Assembly: GCF_009914755.1 (NCBI RefSeq)
Contig: NC_060947.1
Length of the DNA stretch: 64,000 nucleotides
DNA from: the human T2T-CHM13v2.0 reference genome, Homo sapiens
Strand: one strand, 5' to 3'
Part shown: one piece after another, positions 40,600-55,855 of the stretch
Layout of the letters: every line of letters starts with the position of its first letter
How positions within the stretch are numbered: position 1 is the first letter of the stretch
Translations under genes and position numbers: made by a program
The notes under the pieces: generated by a model
Database searches by the model: none
What the model was told of the DNA's origin: nothing
The model's input: the letters and a program-made list of their open reading frames with translations, nothing else

Positions 40600-43100
40600 G
40601 CACAATTTCTGAAAGCCCCAAACTGGAAAAACCCAAATGTGTATTAACAATACAGATAAATAAATTATGCTGTAATTATATAATAGACTACTATACAGCA
40701 ATAAGAATGAATGGTCTACTTCTACACACAACAACATGGATGAATTTCACAAACAGAAGTGAATAGAAGCATCCAGATGCAAATCGGTAGAAAATGTATG
40801 ATTCTATGTGTTTAAACTTTGAAAAACAGGCATATTAATCTAAGGCAATAGAAGTTAAAAATCATGGTTATCTTTGAAGAGGTGGGTGTGGAAAATGATT
40901 GGGAGGGTACAGGAGAAGGGCTTCTGGATGTTAGTAATGTATTTCTTGATCTAAATGGTACTGACATAGATGTATTCACTTGGTGAAAATTTTTCAAACC
41001 ATACCCTTATAGTTTATGGACTTTTATGTGTACAGACAATTTATAATGGACAAAAGACATCTAAAATTGCTAAGTGAAAAAATTAGAATAGAAAAAATAT
41101 TTATATATTCTCATTTATCTAAAAAGGGGAGGAAGTGAATGCACGCAAACATACATACACACACACACATATCTGTGTGTCTTTCTTGTACCCCTACTCC
41201 CTCCTCGCAAAAAGCATGGAAGGATAGCCATAATATTTTTAAAATGGCAGCTTACAGGAAAAAGTAAGTCACAAGATGGGAGTATAGAGATGAAAGCCAT
41301 GTCTCCTGGGGATACTTGGATTGTATATTATACTTTGGAATGATATGAATGTTTTACATAATTTTCAAGGATAATTGAATGAAAATGAAAACAAATCTAC
41401 TCCTATAAACTGGAAACTAAATGAATGAAACTGCATATTGAGTTTGTGGCAGAGCCACACAGAAAGAGATTATTTCAACTGTCACTAATTGGACCATTCA
41501 TCCCTAGCAGGATACACCCTAGGACAAAAAAAATGCCAATCAAACAATGACAAAAAATCAACCAAAGCAAAGTCAAAACCCCACAACAACAAAGCAAAAC
41601 AAACAAGCAAAAGAGAACTGGAAAAAAAATAAACAGTTTTCAGTAACATTGGTAATAAAAATTATTATTGTTCTTTGAAACAATCACATATGTATAATTT
41701 ATATATATAATTATACATATATAATTAACCTAATTAAGGAATTAGGTGAATCATGTCTTTAACAATGAGGTTTTCCTCTCCACAAAAAAAGAAATAGAAA
41801 CATAAAATTAAAGAAACTGACTATAAAGTTTATGAACCTGATTTTGATTTAGAAGTATTATTATAAATTGAATATGTATTTGGACTCTGATTTGAATAAA
41901 CTAAGTGTAAAAAATTAAGAAAACTTGAAAATAAATTTGTACTATTACTGAATATTTGATAATATTAAGGAATTAATCACCATTTCAATTGTGAAATATT
42001 CTGTAATAAAAGTTTTTTAAAGTGTGTTTAAAATTCCAAGCAGTATAAATAAAATGAAACCCTCACCATCTACATCTAGACACATCATAATAAACTTCAT
42101 GTTCTGATATGAAGGAAAAAGAAAAAATCTTAAACACTATGGTAAAGGCAGTGTATTAGTTAGCTATTGCTGCATAATAGATTATCCCAAAGCTTAGGGG
42201 CTTAAAATAACAAACATTTATTATCTCACAGTTTTGGTGGCCCAGAAATCTGGATGAAGCTTACCTAGTTGACTCAGCCTTAATTTCTCATACAAGACTG
42301 CAATTAAGATGTTAAATGGGGCAGCAGTGGCATCTGAAGGCTGAACTATGAGAGACTTTGCTTCCATGTTTACTTATGTGAGCTTAGCAATATTCAGTTT
42401 CTCACCGGTTATTGGATTGAGGGTCTCAGCCTTTTCTAGCTGTTGGCTAAAGGACTCCTTCAGTTCCTTGCTACATATAACTCTCATAAAAAGTTCACAA
42501 CAAGGCAGCTGACTTCATCAGAACAACCAAGTGCGGGAGGAGTAGAGGGCATCTGAGATTTTCTCTAATTTAATCTTCAAAGTGACATCTCATCATTGTT
42601 GTCATATTCTATTCATTAGAAGAAAGTCACTAGGCTCAGCCCATACTCACGGGCAGGGGGAATACACAAGGGCACACATAATAGCAAGTTGAGATTCTTA
42701 GGCATCATTCATTTTAGACGTTGCCTACTACTGGCAGATGAAGAAGTAAAAATTAGACTCACAGTAGATTTTTCAACAGCAATAATGGATTCTAATGATT
42801 CTAAGATAATGAGAGAATATCTTCAAAGTACTGAAGGAAAATAGCAACCAACCTAAAATTTTATTCCAAGCTAAATTAGGTATAATAAAAGAGATGTTTC
42901 TTCAAGAGTCAATTTTTTAAAAAGAAAAGTATTTTTTAAAAAAAGATAATAGCTCTGGAGTAAGCACAATCATTCAACACACCCAGGATTCTATGTCAAG
43001 ATTAATTTGGTATAGAATTCAATAATAAATGTACAATAAAAGATGATTTTTCATACAAAAAATAAGAGAGTTTCCCACAACTACAAAGGATATATTGCAG
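40600..43100 (+). mobile_element. Cluster of old L1M fragments (3'UTR and ORF1-like pieces)
   Basis: AAACTGGAAAAACCCAAATGT...CAACATGGATGAATTTCACA, and ORF1-like GAATATCTTCAAAGTACTGAAGGAAAATAGCAACCAACCTAAAATTTTATTCC. Confidence 0.65.
42152..42735 (-). mobile_element. MaLR LTR (MLT1F-like) nested in L1M
   Basis: TGTATTAGTTAGCTATTGCTGCATAATAGATTATCCCAAAGCTTAGGGGCTTAAAATAACAAACATTTATTATCTCACAG. Confidence 0.8.
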
Positions 43101-43794
43101 CAGAATGAAGAAAAATGATGGAAGAAGGAAATAGTAGGATCCAAGAATCAGCAGAAATGATAGGAACTAAAACCTGTCACATCAGGGTGAAAAGGAAGCC
43201 AAATGCAGTCACAAAGAGATGAATTTTTTGAGACCAAGGAGAATCATAAATTTGATCCAGCACCTTGGGCAGCAATTTCCATGTCAACTTATCGAGGAAG
43301 AAATCAAAGTCCTTGGTAGGTTACATGACCAGCACATGATGCAAGATAGAGCTTCACCCTTCCACATACCCCTCCCAAAAAAAAACTTTGGGTAAGTCCC
43401 AGGAAATAGTTGGAGACATTGATATAAAATATTACTGAAATTTTTCCATAAAAGATGGAATTTCAGCCAGAGACCCTTTTTCTTGACCCATAAATATTTC
43501 ACTGTGAGCTTCCCTTCTTGCTCCAAAATGAAAACAGGAAGGAATCAACATTTTCTGAGTATGAGAGGCCTATGAAGCTACCAGAAGGAAAAAGACTAAG
43601 GGGTGCAAATAAAGAAGAAGGCCAGAAAGAAGGGACTCTCAGATTCCCATTCAAGATAATATATTTTTAGACTTAGGAAAATTTATAAAAAATAGGGCAA
43701 AACAAAATAAGATAAGATTGTAAAGATATACTTTCAAATGTTTACAATGATCATGTCTGGGAAATACATATATGGAAGTACAGATGTGGAAGTA

Positions 43795-44297
43795 TAGTAG
43801 TCCCTTCTTATGGAGGGATAAGTTCCAAGACTGCCAACAGATGCCTGAAACCGCATATCATACTGAACCCAATATATACTATGGTTTTTCCTTATACACA
43901 TGTACATATGATAAAGTTTAATTCATAAATTAGGCACAGTACTCTTGCACTTTGTGGTCATTATGAAGTAAAATAAGGGTTAGTTAAACGCAGGGACTGC
44001 AGTACCAAAATAGTGAATCTGATCACCAAGATGGCTGCTAAATGACTGACTGGCTACAGGTAGTGTCTACAGTGTGGAGACACTGAACAAAGAGAGGATT
44101 GCCTTCCAGACAGAATGGAGCCAGACAATGCGAGATTTCATAACACTATTCAGAAAGGTGCACAATTTAAAATGTATGAATCGTGTATTTCTGGAGTTTT
44201 CTATTTAATACTTTTGAACTGTGGTTTACTCTGTGTAACTGAAACCATGGATGAGAAGAGGCTGGTTTCAGTTACTCACTGGATATGGGGACTACTG
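43795..44297. mobile_element. MER44 (Tigger7-derived) TcMar element
   Basis: TIRs TAGTAGTCCC ... GGGACTACTG with TA target sites on both sides. Confidence 0.82.
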
Positions 44298-44574
44298 TAT
44301 TGGTGATTTTAATTTTCTTTCTTTTTTATGCATTTTTGTAAGTTACTACTATAATAACATATATTTATTATAATAATAAAAACACCTCTCTCAAAAATGA
44401 ATGAAGAGTAAGTTTTACAAAAATATTTTTATATTTTCTGTGTCCTGAGGGTTTGTCAGAGCATGTTAGAGATGGAGGAGTTGAACATGGTACAGGAAAA
44501 TATTGTAAACGTGTCTCATCCCAGCCCTCCACCAGCATCAGTTAAGTATTGCACCAAATTGCATATAACTTCTT

Positions 44575-44960
44575 GTGAGAGTCATTAGTGCTAATCACCC
44601 AATATTTCTGGCTCTCTGTCTTCTAGGCACATGGTAGGATTGTACCTCCCCACCCTTCTTTGAAGTTAGGTTGGGACATGTGACTTGATTTGCCCACAAA
44701 ATACGAGTACAAGTGACACTGTCACTTCTGGATGCAATTTGCTGCATAGTATTCCACTTTCTGAGGTAATCATGAGCTCACATACTGAGGTGGAGCCTCC
44801 AGAAGTTTGGGTTTCTGAATGGCTGCAATGAGCAGAGCCCCTTCACTGACTCATGTTGGATATATAGCATGAGTGAGAAACAGACCTTTATTGTTACTCC
44901 ACTCAGATTTGAGAGTTGTTTGTTACTGCAGCACCTTCTAGTCTATCCTCGCTGATATAT
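44575..44960 (+). mobile_element. MaLR LTR (MLT1I/J-like)
   Basis: GAAGTTAGGTTGGGACATGTGACTTG...GCATGAGTGAGAAACAGACC...TTGTTTGTTACTGCAGCA. Confidence 0.75.
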
Positions 44961-45196
44961 TTTTCTTTGGGGATATGAGAGAATCATATTAAAAGCCAGC
45001 TGTGTACCTCTCACAGCTCTATTACTGAGCACCTTTTGCAAAATTAATCATGCTTATCTTAGAACAGTCTATGAAACCTAAACCTTAACAATTCTTCTTA
45101 GGTATTTCTCATAGGATAGCCATCGTGCAATCAACAAAGGAGAAAGATATTAACCCCCTTCCCCACAATTTGTGGCTCAGGATTTAGCCTTCTATC

Positions 45197-45903
<707 letters not shown>

Positions 45904-47854
45904 TATCATAGGCCAGATGTCAGTTGAAACCAGCATTCTCCTAAACAAATTAACTTGGGAACTAAAGTGGCTGAAATCCATCAAAATGGCCTGTAGTAGA
46001 TAAAATGTAGAATATGGCATGTGGCAATAACAACCTACATGAGGTGAGGGAGACAGAGATGAGGGAGCATAAATCAACCAGCCATTTCTTCATGGAGGTA
46101 CAGGGCCAGTGCCTGCACCAGAGAAAAGTGACATGGATCTTCCCAGTGTTGACAATAGAGGCTTCTTGGAGTAACACAAAGAGTATTGACTCAGAAACTA
46201 GGAGACCAAGGCTATAGTCTCAGATCTGCCACTAATTCACAGTGTAACCTTGGGCAAGTCTCTTGGCTTCTCTGTCTCCCCATTTGTAAGATGAATGTGT
46301 TGGGTGGCCTCTGGGCTGTAACACTCAAGTGCCTTCTGGAACTAGGCAGATAACACAAATAGGTTATGTGCTTCAACTGAGCCTACTGCAGTAGGCAGTG
46401 GTAGGAACTTAGATGAACACATGCCCTGCCTAAAGGAATAAAATTCAAGTTTTTAAAACATTTCAGAAGAAAGAGGAAAGTCATGTGTGGGTCTCATTTG
46501 ACTAGTACATCTCTAGTCTATGATTGACCCCTGGTTAGTCTTGAAATATCTATCTATGCGATATTGTATTGTTAGGGCTTCTCATTTTTTCTGCTGACAA
46601 ATTTTAGAACACAATGGACCCAGTATAGGCCTCCCACAATGTCTTCCAAATGATAGGCTTAAAGTCACCTGATGACTTCACCTTTAACTTTTAACACTTT
46701 ATGCTTAGAAGATTTGCCCTAGTAGCCAGGGCTTCAGAAGGATCTATTCCTATTACTTACTCATGAAACATCTCTAGTACTCACTCAGAAAAAAATCTCA
46801 GGATTGCTGTCCATTATGGCCTTCCTTTCCCCACACAAATGGCTAACTGCCTTGGAATCCCAGAGGCAGTGCAAGACAGAGGGGAGAGGGAGAATAAAAG
46901 AAAATTGCTTTAAATGGGCTAAATATACCTATGAAGCAAAAAAGCAAATTTTCCTATGAGGCAAATGCATCAATTAAACCTTTCAATGGAAAGATGTTAC
47001 TTATGCTCTCAGCAGTAGTCTGTAATATATATTACAGAACTCTATTTACTCCTCTAATTAATATAAATGAGTGGTTACTATAGCAATTATTGCATTATAT
47101 GATGCACATAAAACTCTGGCTATGCTTAGAGCTAGGGTCAATATTTTAAATCACGCTTGACTCATCATGAATCAAATATCCCTTTCTGGATATTCCAATG
47201 CACGAAGGTTGAGCCTTTATTAGTAATAATGGAATGTGGAATTAATGTAGCACATTTTATCTTCAAAGTGTTTTAACTATATTAACTAGCTAAATTCCAC
47301 AGCATTCTCTCTGTGAGCATCTGTCTCTCCCACCTTTCAGATCGGGAACCACCATAACCACAACAGAGGTCTGTTGAAGGGCATTCCTCTTTGCTATGGT
47401 TTGGAAATCCAGGGTACAGAGTTTTATTATCCGTCTTAGAAATGACATAAGAAAGAAGAATTTACATCAAATCAGAATTCACAGATGCCTTTTGGTATGT
47501 GCCTGAGGAAAAGTGTCTGAGGAAATGTGAGAAGCCTGGAGTAGCCAGGTAGGGAGAAATGGGGAGGGGGTGGAGAAAGGAAGTGGATAAATTTGGCCTG
47601 ACAGCCTGATGGCCTGAGACATACCAGGGAGGGGGATGGATGTGTAGCTCTCCTCTCTCATGCTTCTGTCTCTCAGCATCCTTTTCTGTGGCAAATCAGT
47701 TCCCCAGGCCCCTGATGCCACGTGGCACTTACCATAGCCTGGAACTATGCTCTCTCCATTGCTTGACTGTCTGCTCCTCTGGGGCAGAGGTAGGCCTGAT
47801 TCCTCTCTGCTCTCAGCAATGAGTACAAAATCTGGCACAGAACAGGTGCCCGAT

Positions 47855-48712
47855 CAGGGTCAGCTTCATGAGCATGCAGTCAGGGTAGCTCCCCAGGGCT
47901 CCAAGCTCAGAGCTCATAAGGGTTTTGTGCTTCGCTTAATGCTCAGTGGTCACTGTCTTGAAATTCTTAATAATTTCATTTGAATTTGTGTTTTATAAAT
48001 GAAATCTGGTGAGACAATAAGGCCTCAGTTCACCTCCCACCAACCCCCTACCTCTCTGGAATAGGTGCTTGGCTACCTGCTCCTCTGACCCCGGTATTCT
48101 AGGGACCACCAGTCTTCTCCCTCCACATCACCTCCCAGAGACTATAGTTGCCCTCTGCCCCTGGCAAGGGCCTGAGCATGGAAACCAGGCACACAGGCAC
48201 TGTGGAGTGTCAGGGTGAGTCATGGCTTCACAGCACATTCAGCAACTAGGCAGGGATGAGCCTTGCATCTACCCCTGATCCGGGTACTGTAGATGCCCTG
48301 GAGGAGAGGTTGCAATCTCCAGCAGTCTCCTGTATGCTGTGGGTTGGGGTGGCCATCCAATGGGAAGGAGAAATGCTTGGCTTGGCTTCTCTGCTCTCAA
48401 GCACTCAGCCAGGGCTGTGTGTGTGTATATGTCTAGGAACTGGCAGGAGGGAGAATCTGGCTGCTGGTGGACCTCGTAGGGTCCCCTGGGTATCTCTGAG
48501 GTTTGTACTCTCCTTGCAAGTATCTCTGTGGCCAACTGAATGTAGCATTAAATAGCAAATACAAATCACCAGGACAGGTCAGAGAGAAAAGGTAGAAGAA
48601 AGAAAAGAACGTTTTATATTTTTGGAACTTTAACAGCATTTCCCCTGAATTTTGAACAAGGGAACCATATTTTAATTTTCTACTGGGTCCTGAAAATTGT
48701 GTAGCCAACTCG
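47855..48712. mobile_element. hAT-Tip100 element (FordPrefect/MER91-type ends)
   Basis: 5' CAGGGTCAGCTTCATGAGC...TGTCTTGAAATTCTTAATAATTT and 3' TTTGAACAAGGGAACC...CTGGGTCCTGAAAATTGTGTAGCC. Confidence 0.7.
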
Positions 48713-50584
48713 TCTTCAATAAAGACTCATTAATAATAATAGGTATTTTATGTCAGGCAATTGTTCTGACTAGGCACTATGCTAGGTTTGCATGCATCAT
48801 TTCATCTAATCCCTATGACAGCCTTATGAGGCAAGTCAATTTCTTACTACTTCCATCACTTAAGAGATTGTGTTCATAGGCATGTTAATCATCTTTTATG
48901 TGCCTCAGTTTTCTCATCTGTAAAATGGGCCATAATAGGTTAAAATACATGAAATTGTCATTTCGTACATCAGAAATGGTTAAATATTGGCAATTGTGTA
49001 TGATTCAATTCCTCCTAGGAGTGCAGGGAAGATATAATGACATAACATAAAAGTATTGAGAAAAGTGCCCAGCCCATAATAATCAATTAATGGTAACTAT
49101 AGTCGACTTTTATTAATAGTAATGATATTTTTAGTAGTACATGATTCTTCTTTTTATACATAAGGAAACAGGGGCTCCTAGAAGTTGGGTGACACAGCCA
49201 GAAACAGGTAAGTCTGAGATGGGAACTCAGGCCTTCACTGCTTGAGCTGGATTGCCCTGCTTCCATGGGTATCTGGAGAAAGCACCAGGCTCCTCCCATC
49301 TTGGTACAACCTTGGCCCAAGAAGTGTGCCCTGAGCTGCAGCCCTGACAGGTTCTGTGAATCCACCCTTAACACTGTCAAAGCCCTTACTAGCATTGCTT
49401 TTTCTCCATCTCTAAAATGAGAGAAATTTCCTCAACCTGAAAACACAGTGCATATATGTGTGTTGACAGTAAGAGGGCAGCTTGCCAGCAAGGTATTGTC
49501 TAAAGAAAATGAGTGTTTTCCTCTATTTAAATCCAGTTTTCCAAGGACAGACACGTCTCAAGATTTGTCCTCTCTGATATCTTCTTTCTTGGAGGACTCA
49601 TCAGGATTATAACCGCGATTGATTTCTTTTTATTAGCTGAAGATGAACTGTAAAAGGGTAAAGGTTAATTTTGGATAAATCCTCAAAAGTTCGGAAAGCT
49701 CCCAAGACTCCTGCTGAACTTTCTTAATCTCTCCACAGCTTTACATTCTGTGTAATTATCCATATTTGTGAAGGGTAAACTGCTCTTGGCTTCTTCATCT
49801 CTGTCACTTCCGATTGCTTGCTGGTCCCAGAAGCACCACTGCTCTTCGTAAGAGTCCCACGGTGCTTTCTTCAGAGCCCACACAAGGTCAGCATTGCCTG
49901 GGAAGGCAGAGGCAGTTCTTCACTAAGGATCCCAGGCCTAACAAAGTGGATTCCATTTAAAAAAGAAAGCCAATAGTCAGGGGCCAGTGGGGAGAAAGTC
50001 CTGAAATTAAGAATGTTTAAAAAATGAAAGGCCCTTTGAAAATGAATGTGTTACTAAATCTTCCTGGGAAGTAAGACCTTAGTAATGGTTCCCATTTCTC
50101 TTACTCACTGAAGAGTGAACAAAAACATCTCTTCCACTCTCATTTCCAAGAATTTCCTGACAAAGTCATTCCAACAGTCTTTCTGAGGAATTTTGAGAAG
50201 CATTTTTTAACCCCAGCCCAGTCTTAAGACAACACTGCCCCCGACCAGTGAGAGGAGAAGGCAGGTAAAGTGACCTGGAAATGCTTCACATCCAATCCTG
50301 TCCTTCCACAGGAGACAGTCCCAGAGGTTGTAAAGCTCACAGCACCATCTGAGAGTTAGGAGCCCTCAGTTCATGACCTGGCTTTGCCACTCACACCCAG
50401 GGATACCTTGCCTCAGCCATTCTCCCTTTTGGCTTTTGGTTTCATCACCAGGAAAATAAAGGTTTGGATGCAATCTCTAAAGAACTCTTCAGTTTCAACA
50501 CCCTACTTTAAAAATTTAGTTATGATAATATTAATGGCAATTACATAATAATACTACCTATTATTAAAAATCTATTATGTGCAA

Positions 50585-50790
50585 TGCCACTTAGTAGCTA
50601 AGTGAACTTAGGGCAAGTTACTTAAACTCTTTGAGCCTCTGTTTCCTCATTTGCAAAATGAGGATGATAATAAGACTCACCTCCCACATAGGATTCTTGT
50701 GAAAATGAAATGAGTTAATTAATCTACATAAAATTCTCTATGCTTGGCACATTGGAAGGCCTCAAGAAATGTTATCTGTGACATTATTAC
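50585..50790 (+). mobile_element. MIR SINE
   Basis: GGGCAAGTTACTTAAACTCTTTGAGCCTCTGTTTCCTCATTTGCAAAATGAGGATGATAATA. Confidence 0.8.
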
Positions 50791-52129
50791 TATCTGCTGG
50801 GCATTATGTTAGGTGCTTTGTACAAATTAGGTGGTCTGTGCACCTCCTTCAGTGCTAAACTAGCTACTCAAATTAGCTCATCTGGAGGTGGGGTTATAGG
50901 TTACCTGAAGAGTGATAGAAGTAACAGAATTAGTGAGAAAAGGGGTAGATTAGTTTCATGAAAAAAATTATGATTTTAACTATATGTTTTAAATGTCTTT
51001 ATTATTTAGTCTATACTCAAATATAAGTGTCCTTGTGAACTGATGGAGTCCTCACAATAATTCCAGGGATCCACAACCACTGAGGTCCACGTTTCCCCCA
51101 ACAGGAACAGCTTACCAAGACCATGTCAATTAACTTCCCACTCTAGCTTCTTTGAAGGGCCTGGTCCAGGCCTGGGTAGTGAAGAAAGCACACAAGTGTC
51201 CTTTGTCTTCATCCTAGTTCTGCTAGTCTCTAGTTCTGGACCTGAGAATGAGGTTAATCTCTGGACATTGTTTTCCCTGGCTAGAAAAGGAGGGGTAGAC
51301 CAGCCAGATGGTCTTACAGGCCAGTTCTACCACCCTAGTATTAAACAGTGCTAAATGAAATTTTATCCACAACTTATATTGATGCCTCTGTCTACTTGAA
51401 GAAAATTACTACCTTCCTAAGTAAGATAAAGTTTATATACTTCAAGGCTAGCAATCTCATGCCAGAGGGAGATTCTTGAAGTGAGAAGGTCTACTTTGTA
51501 AGCTGTATCTTGCACCCTTACCTAAAACCAGCCTCATTCGTTGTATGACCTCTCTGATTCCAGATGTGGCTCATGCACTGGCATTATTGGAAGTAGAGAG
51601 AGGGTATGGTGGTAGAGGTAGCCCCATCCTGTTACTCATCATTCTGGCTAGAGTATGGACATAGGACTTTGCACTTTACTACTTCACAGCTTAACGGAGA
51701 CATGGCTGGAGCATTTAAGTAAGACTTTACTAAAGGCTTGAGAAAAACAACTAGAAAATTAACCAAAGTGAGCTAAGAATCTATATAATCTGTCTTGCAA
51801 GCTTAGTTTTACTCTCTAGGGAGCCCCTAGTTCCTGTTCCATTCTAGCTCATGGTCTACTTACAAGCTCAGCAAAAGCAATCTTGGCAAGCACCCAGAGG
51901 TACTAGCTCAGAGATCTGTACTCCCTAAATAGTAGACTGCAAAATATCCACTTAAAGAGTATTCAGGTCCCCTTCCCCTCTCCTGGCTTCCTCAAGGCCA
52001 CCTACCTAGTTTTAGTTGTCTAAGAATCCACCTTCTTTAATTATAGACCCTGGGAATCAGAACAGAGCACTACCATGGACCACCCAGACAACTTGAATTT
52101 GATTGAAATGTAACATAGTAATAGCAATT

Positions 52130-52380
52130 CTTATAGCTGCACCAAGAACTAACATGTTTGAGTGTCTATTCAGGCACTGTTCTAAGCAATTTACATGGGC
52201 TAATTTACTTCTCACAACAAGGTTATGAGGTTGATACTATTATCCTCATTAACAGATGAGGAAACTGAGGGCCATAGAGGGGAAATAACCCGCCCAAGGC
52301 CACAAAGCAAATTCCAGCAGAGTTGGGAATCCAGCCCAGGCAGGCTGACTCCAGAGTCTCCATGTTTAACTGATGCACTA
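52130..52380 (-). mobile_element. MIR SINE
   Basis: CAGGCACTGTTCTAAGC...ACAGATGAGGAAACTGAGG...CCCAAGGCCACA...CCCAGGCAGGCTGACTCCAGAG. Confidence 0.85.
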
Positions 52381-52824
52381 TGTGTGTGATACATCCAGAA
52401 ACAGCCCAGGACTAAGCGAGTCCTGAAATGAATTGGAGAGGACAGTTCTCAACATTAAGCAATATGCTCAGGTCTAGTAGGTGTTAGATAAATGACCATC
52501 TTTTGAATGAGTACATAAGGAATTGCCTCGAACTGCTGACAGGCTAGAGGAGAGAGACAGGCACACAGACAAATAATGATATAATCCCATGCAAGCAAAG
52601 AGGAAAGTTACTGTCTTTTCTTCTCTTGAGTTTGGTATAAAGTATGAAAGAAGCAACTAGGCCCTTCTTCCAGGGCAAGCTTGCCAAGTCTCTCAGAGTG
52701 TACTGCTTCTATGAATACAGAGAGTATGTTGCTCCTCATTGTTTTGGTAGGCCACACTTGATATGTAAAGTATGTAAGAAATTATTACAGAGCAAAGGCA
52801 GAATTTTAGAATATATAAATGTCT

Positions 52825-53542
52825 TCTCATCCATTAGGATGGCTACTATCAATATAACAGGAAACAGCAAGTGTTAGATGTGGAGAAATTGGAACCTCTC
52901 GGCACTGTTGGTGAGAATGTAAAATGGCACAGCTGCTGTAGATGACAGTATGGCTGTTCCTCAAAAAATTAAAAATAGAACTACCATATGATCCAGCAGT
53001 TTCAATTCTGGGAATATACCCAAAAGAATTGAAAGCAAGATCTCAAAGAGATATTCGCATACCCATGTTCATAGCAGCATTATTCACAATAGCTAAGAGG
53101 TGGAAGCAACCCAAATGTCTATCAACGGAAGAATTGATAAACAAAACATGGTTCATACATACAGTGTAATAGTATTTAGCCTTCAAAAAGAAGGAAATTA
53201 CATCATATGCCACAGCATGAATCAACTCTGAGGATATTATGCTTAGTGAAATAAGCCAGTCACAAAAGACCAATATTGCATGATTCCCCTTATGTGAAGT
53301 CCCTAGAGTAGTCAAAGTCATAGAGACAGATAGTAGAATGATGGTTTCCAGGCATTGTGGGGAGGGAGAAATGGGGATTATTGTTTAATGGGTATAGAGT
53401 TTCAGTTCTACAAGATGAAAATGTTCTGGAGATTGGTTGCAAACAATGTGAACAGAGTTAACACTACTGAACTATATACTTATAAGTAGTTAAGATGATA
53501 AACTTGATGGTATGTGTATTTTACCACAAATGTTAAAAAAGC
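52825..53542 (+). mobile_element. L1MB 3' end
   Basis: [28 protein letters not shown]...MFIAALFTIAKRWKQPKC is the L1 ORF2p C-terminus, followed by an L1MB-type 3'UTR. Confidence 0.9.
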
Positions 53543-54269
53543 ATAAACATAAATCACGGCAGTTGTGCTATAATCCTGATCAAATATAAAGGCATAATTT
53601 TGTGGTGATGCCCAAAGTATTGCTGACGTGTAAGGATCTTTGTTCACACTGATGCAACCTCGATTTCTAAGCATAACATGAAATGGCAGCCAGATGCACC
53701 TGGAATCCACACATGAAATCCACTTTGCCCTTTTTTTCTGTTTCTGCAAGTCTTTTTTCCATATTAGCACATTATTAGCAACATAACATGCCAACTGCCT
53801 AACTAGGAAGACATAGCCACAGTGTAATGATCAATGTGTTCAATAACCATGACAGTATATATTCTGCAAGGGATAAAGACCATCAGAGTCTTGTAACAGG
53901 GCCCTAACATGGAAGCTATTGTATTCCCATTTAAACTGAAAAGAGGAATCTACAATCTGTGCTACATGTTAAACAACAAAAGCCCATGAAAGGCAATTAA
54001 TGGCCCAGTGCAGTAAAGACTGGGATACCTCAGTGCCTGGCTACAGCAAGCCTTGTTCTCCACCAGTGTCTGGTCAAGGGGTCTTTGGGATAAATGGAGC
54101 CCAAGAGGCTTCTGAAGCACTCACTCAGCAAAGTCAGGCTTTATCTACTCTTTCCATTTGACAAGTTTGTCAATCACCATGTACTCACTTGGGTGGACTC
54201 CTGAGAGAATCTCTGATTGAGCTCATTTTTAAGAACTGTTTAGTCCCACTGGGGAAGACATAACATGAA

Positions 54270-54480
54270 GTTTTTGAGTCCAAAAATTCTGGATTCAAAT
54301 TGTAGCTCTTCCACTTAGCGGCAGTGTGATTAAAAAACTTGTTTTCCTCTGAGTTTCAGTTTCTTCTGTAAAATAAGAATAATAACACTATTGGGCGCAT
54401 AGAGTTGTTGTAAGGATTAGTGGGATAATACATGTAAAGCACAACAACAGTACTTGGAATTTATTATTAATAATTCCATA
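54270..54480 (+). mobile_element. MIR SINE
   Basis: CTGGATTCAAAT...CTGAGTTTCAGTTTCTTCTGTAAAATAAG...GTTGTTGTAAGGATTAG...TGTAAAGCAC. Confidence 0.75.
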
Positions 54481-55354
54481 ATACATTATTGCTATTGTTA
54501 TTATTGCTATTTTAATATTGTGCTCAGAAAATGAAGTGTCTAATGACCTTCCTGAAGTATTTCTGTGACTTAGAGTTCCTGGAAAAGAGAAAGGTGAATA
54601 TCTTCAGTAACTGCTACATTGGGACATGGTTCAGTCAGTTAACAAGTAACTCCTGAGGACTCAAGGGGCTATAGCATAGTATTGTCCTGGAACACTGCTG
54701 AATCTTTACCTTGGTCTTCTCATTAGCTATATGGCTGTGCATTTAGTAGCTTCAATAAATGTGGCTGCAAGGAGATGTCAGAGCATGCACTGCCATGGCT
54801 CAGTTCAGAGATTTCTGCTGTGTCAGCACAGCAGAGCCCTCAACCACTACACTTCCCTATCACCAACACAGCATTTGCTAAGTAGCTTGGCTCAGAACCA
54901 TTAGTAGAAAAACCTGAAAGCCCAAGTCTTCCTCCTAGAGCTAGTGCAGGTATTTCTTGATCAGCCTTGAATGGCCTGACCACCAGAGATGCCTGCCTTA
55001 CCTCATAGAGATTAGCCTCCCTTCAGAGAATTACTAGAGTTTCCCCATACAAGTTAGGTGGTTGTTTGAGGCCCTGTGAAGGAAGGACGTTGCCAATCAG
55101 CACACCCACTGGCTAACATAGACTCCAGACTGCACCTGGTGTAGACCAAGTCTTAATTATTTCTAATAATTTTAAATAGAATATCTCATTCTGAGAATAT
55201 TTATCATGTGCTTAGACATGGTTCTAAACACTTTACATGTATTCCTTTATTTAATGCTCACAAGAAGCCTATGAAGTAGATGCTCAAAGAGGTCAAGTCT
55301 TCTGGCTACTTTCCATAGACCTCAGCTGGAATGAGGCTCCTGCAGCTGATTAGT

Positions 55355-55722
55355 GTCCATCTCAGTTCATTTTGTGCTGCAACAACCGAATACCTGAGAT
55401 TGGGTAATTTATAAGGAACAGAAATGTATTTCCTCACAGCTATAGAGGTTGGCATGTCCAAGATCAAGGCACCAGCATCTGGTGAGAACCTTACTGCTGT
55501 ATCACTCCATGGCAGAAGGCAGAAGGGCATGAGAAAGAGAGAAAAAGGGGCCAAATTTGCCCTTTTATAACAAACCCACTCCTGCAATAATGACATTAAT
55601 CCATTAAAGAGGGTGGAGTCCTCATGGCCTAATCCACCTCTTAAAGGTTTCACTTCTTAATACTGTTACAATGGCAATTAAATCTCAACATGAGTCTTAG
55701 GACAAACATTCAAACCATAGCA
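55355..55722 (-). mobile_element. MST-type MaLR LTR (MSTB/C/D)
   Basis: AATACCTGAGATTGGGTAATTTATAAGGAACAGAAATG...ACAAACATTCAAACCATAGCA. Confidence 0.85.
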
Positions 55723-55855
55723 GTCCCTCAAAGACTCAAATTACACTATATAGGAAATTCTGGTGTAAAGCCATATTCCCTATCCAAACAAACTTCTGTC
55801 TACCTATGAACTGAGGGCAACTAAGGTTAAGGTACAAAAAAGGAATCAGAAGTGG

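Noticed and set aside
41688-41720. AT-rich palindrome with 12-bp arms
   Set aside because: Low-complexity (TA)n-derived sequence inside old L1 DNA.
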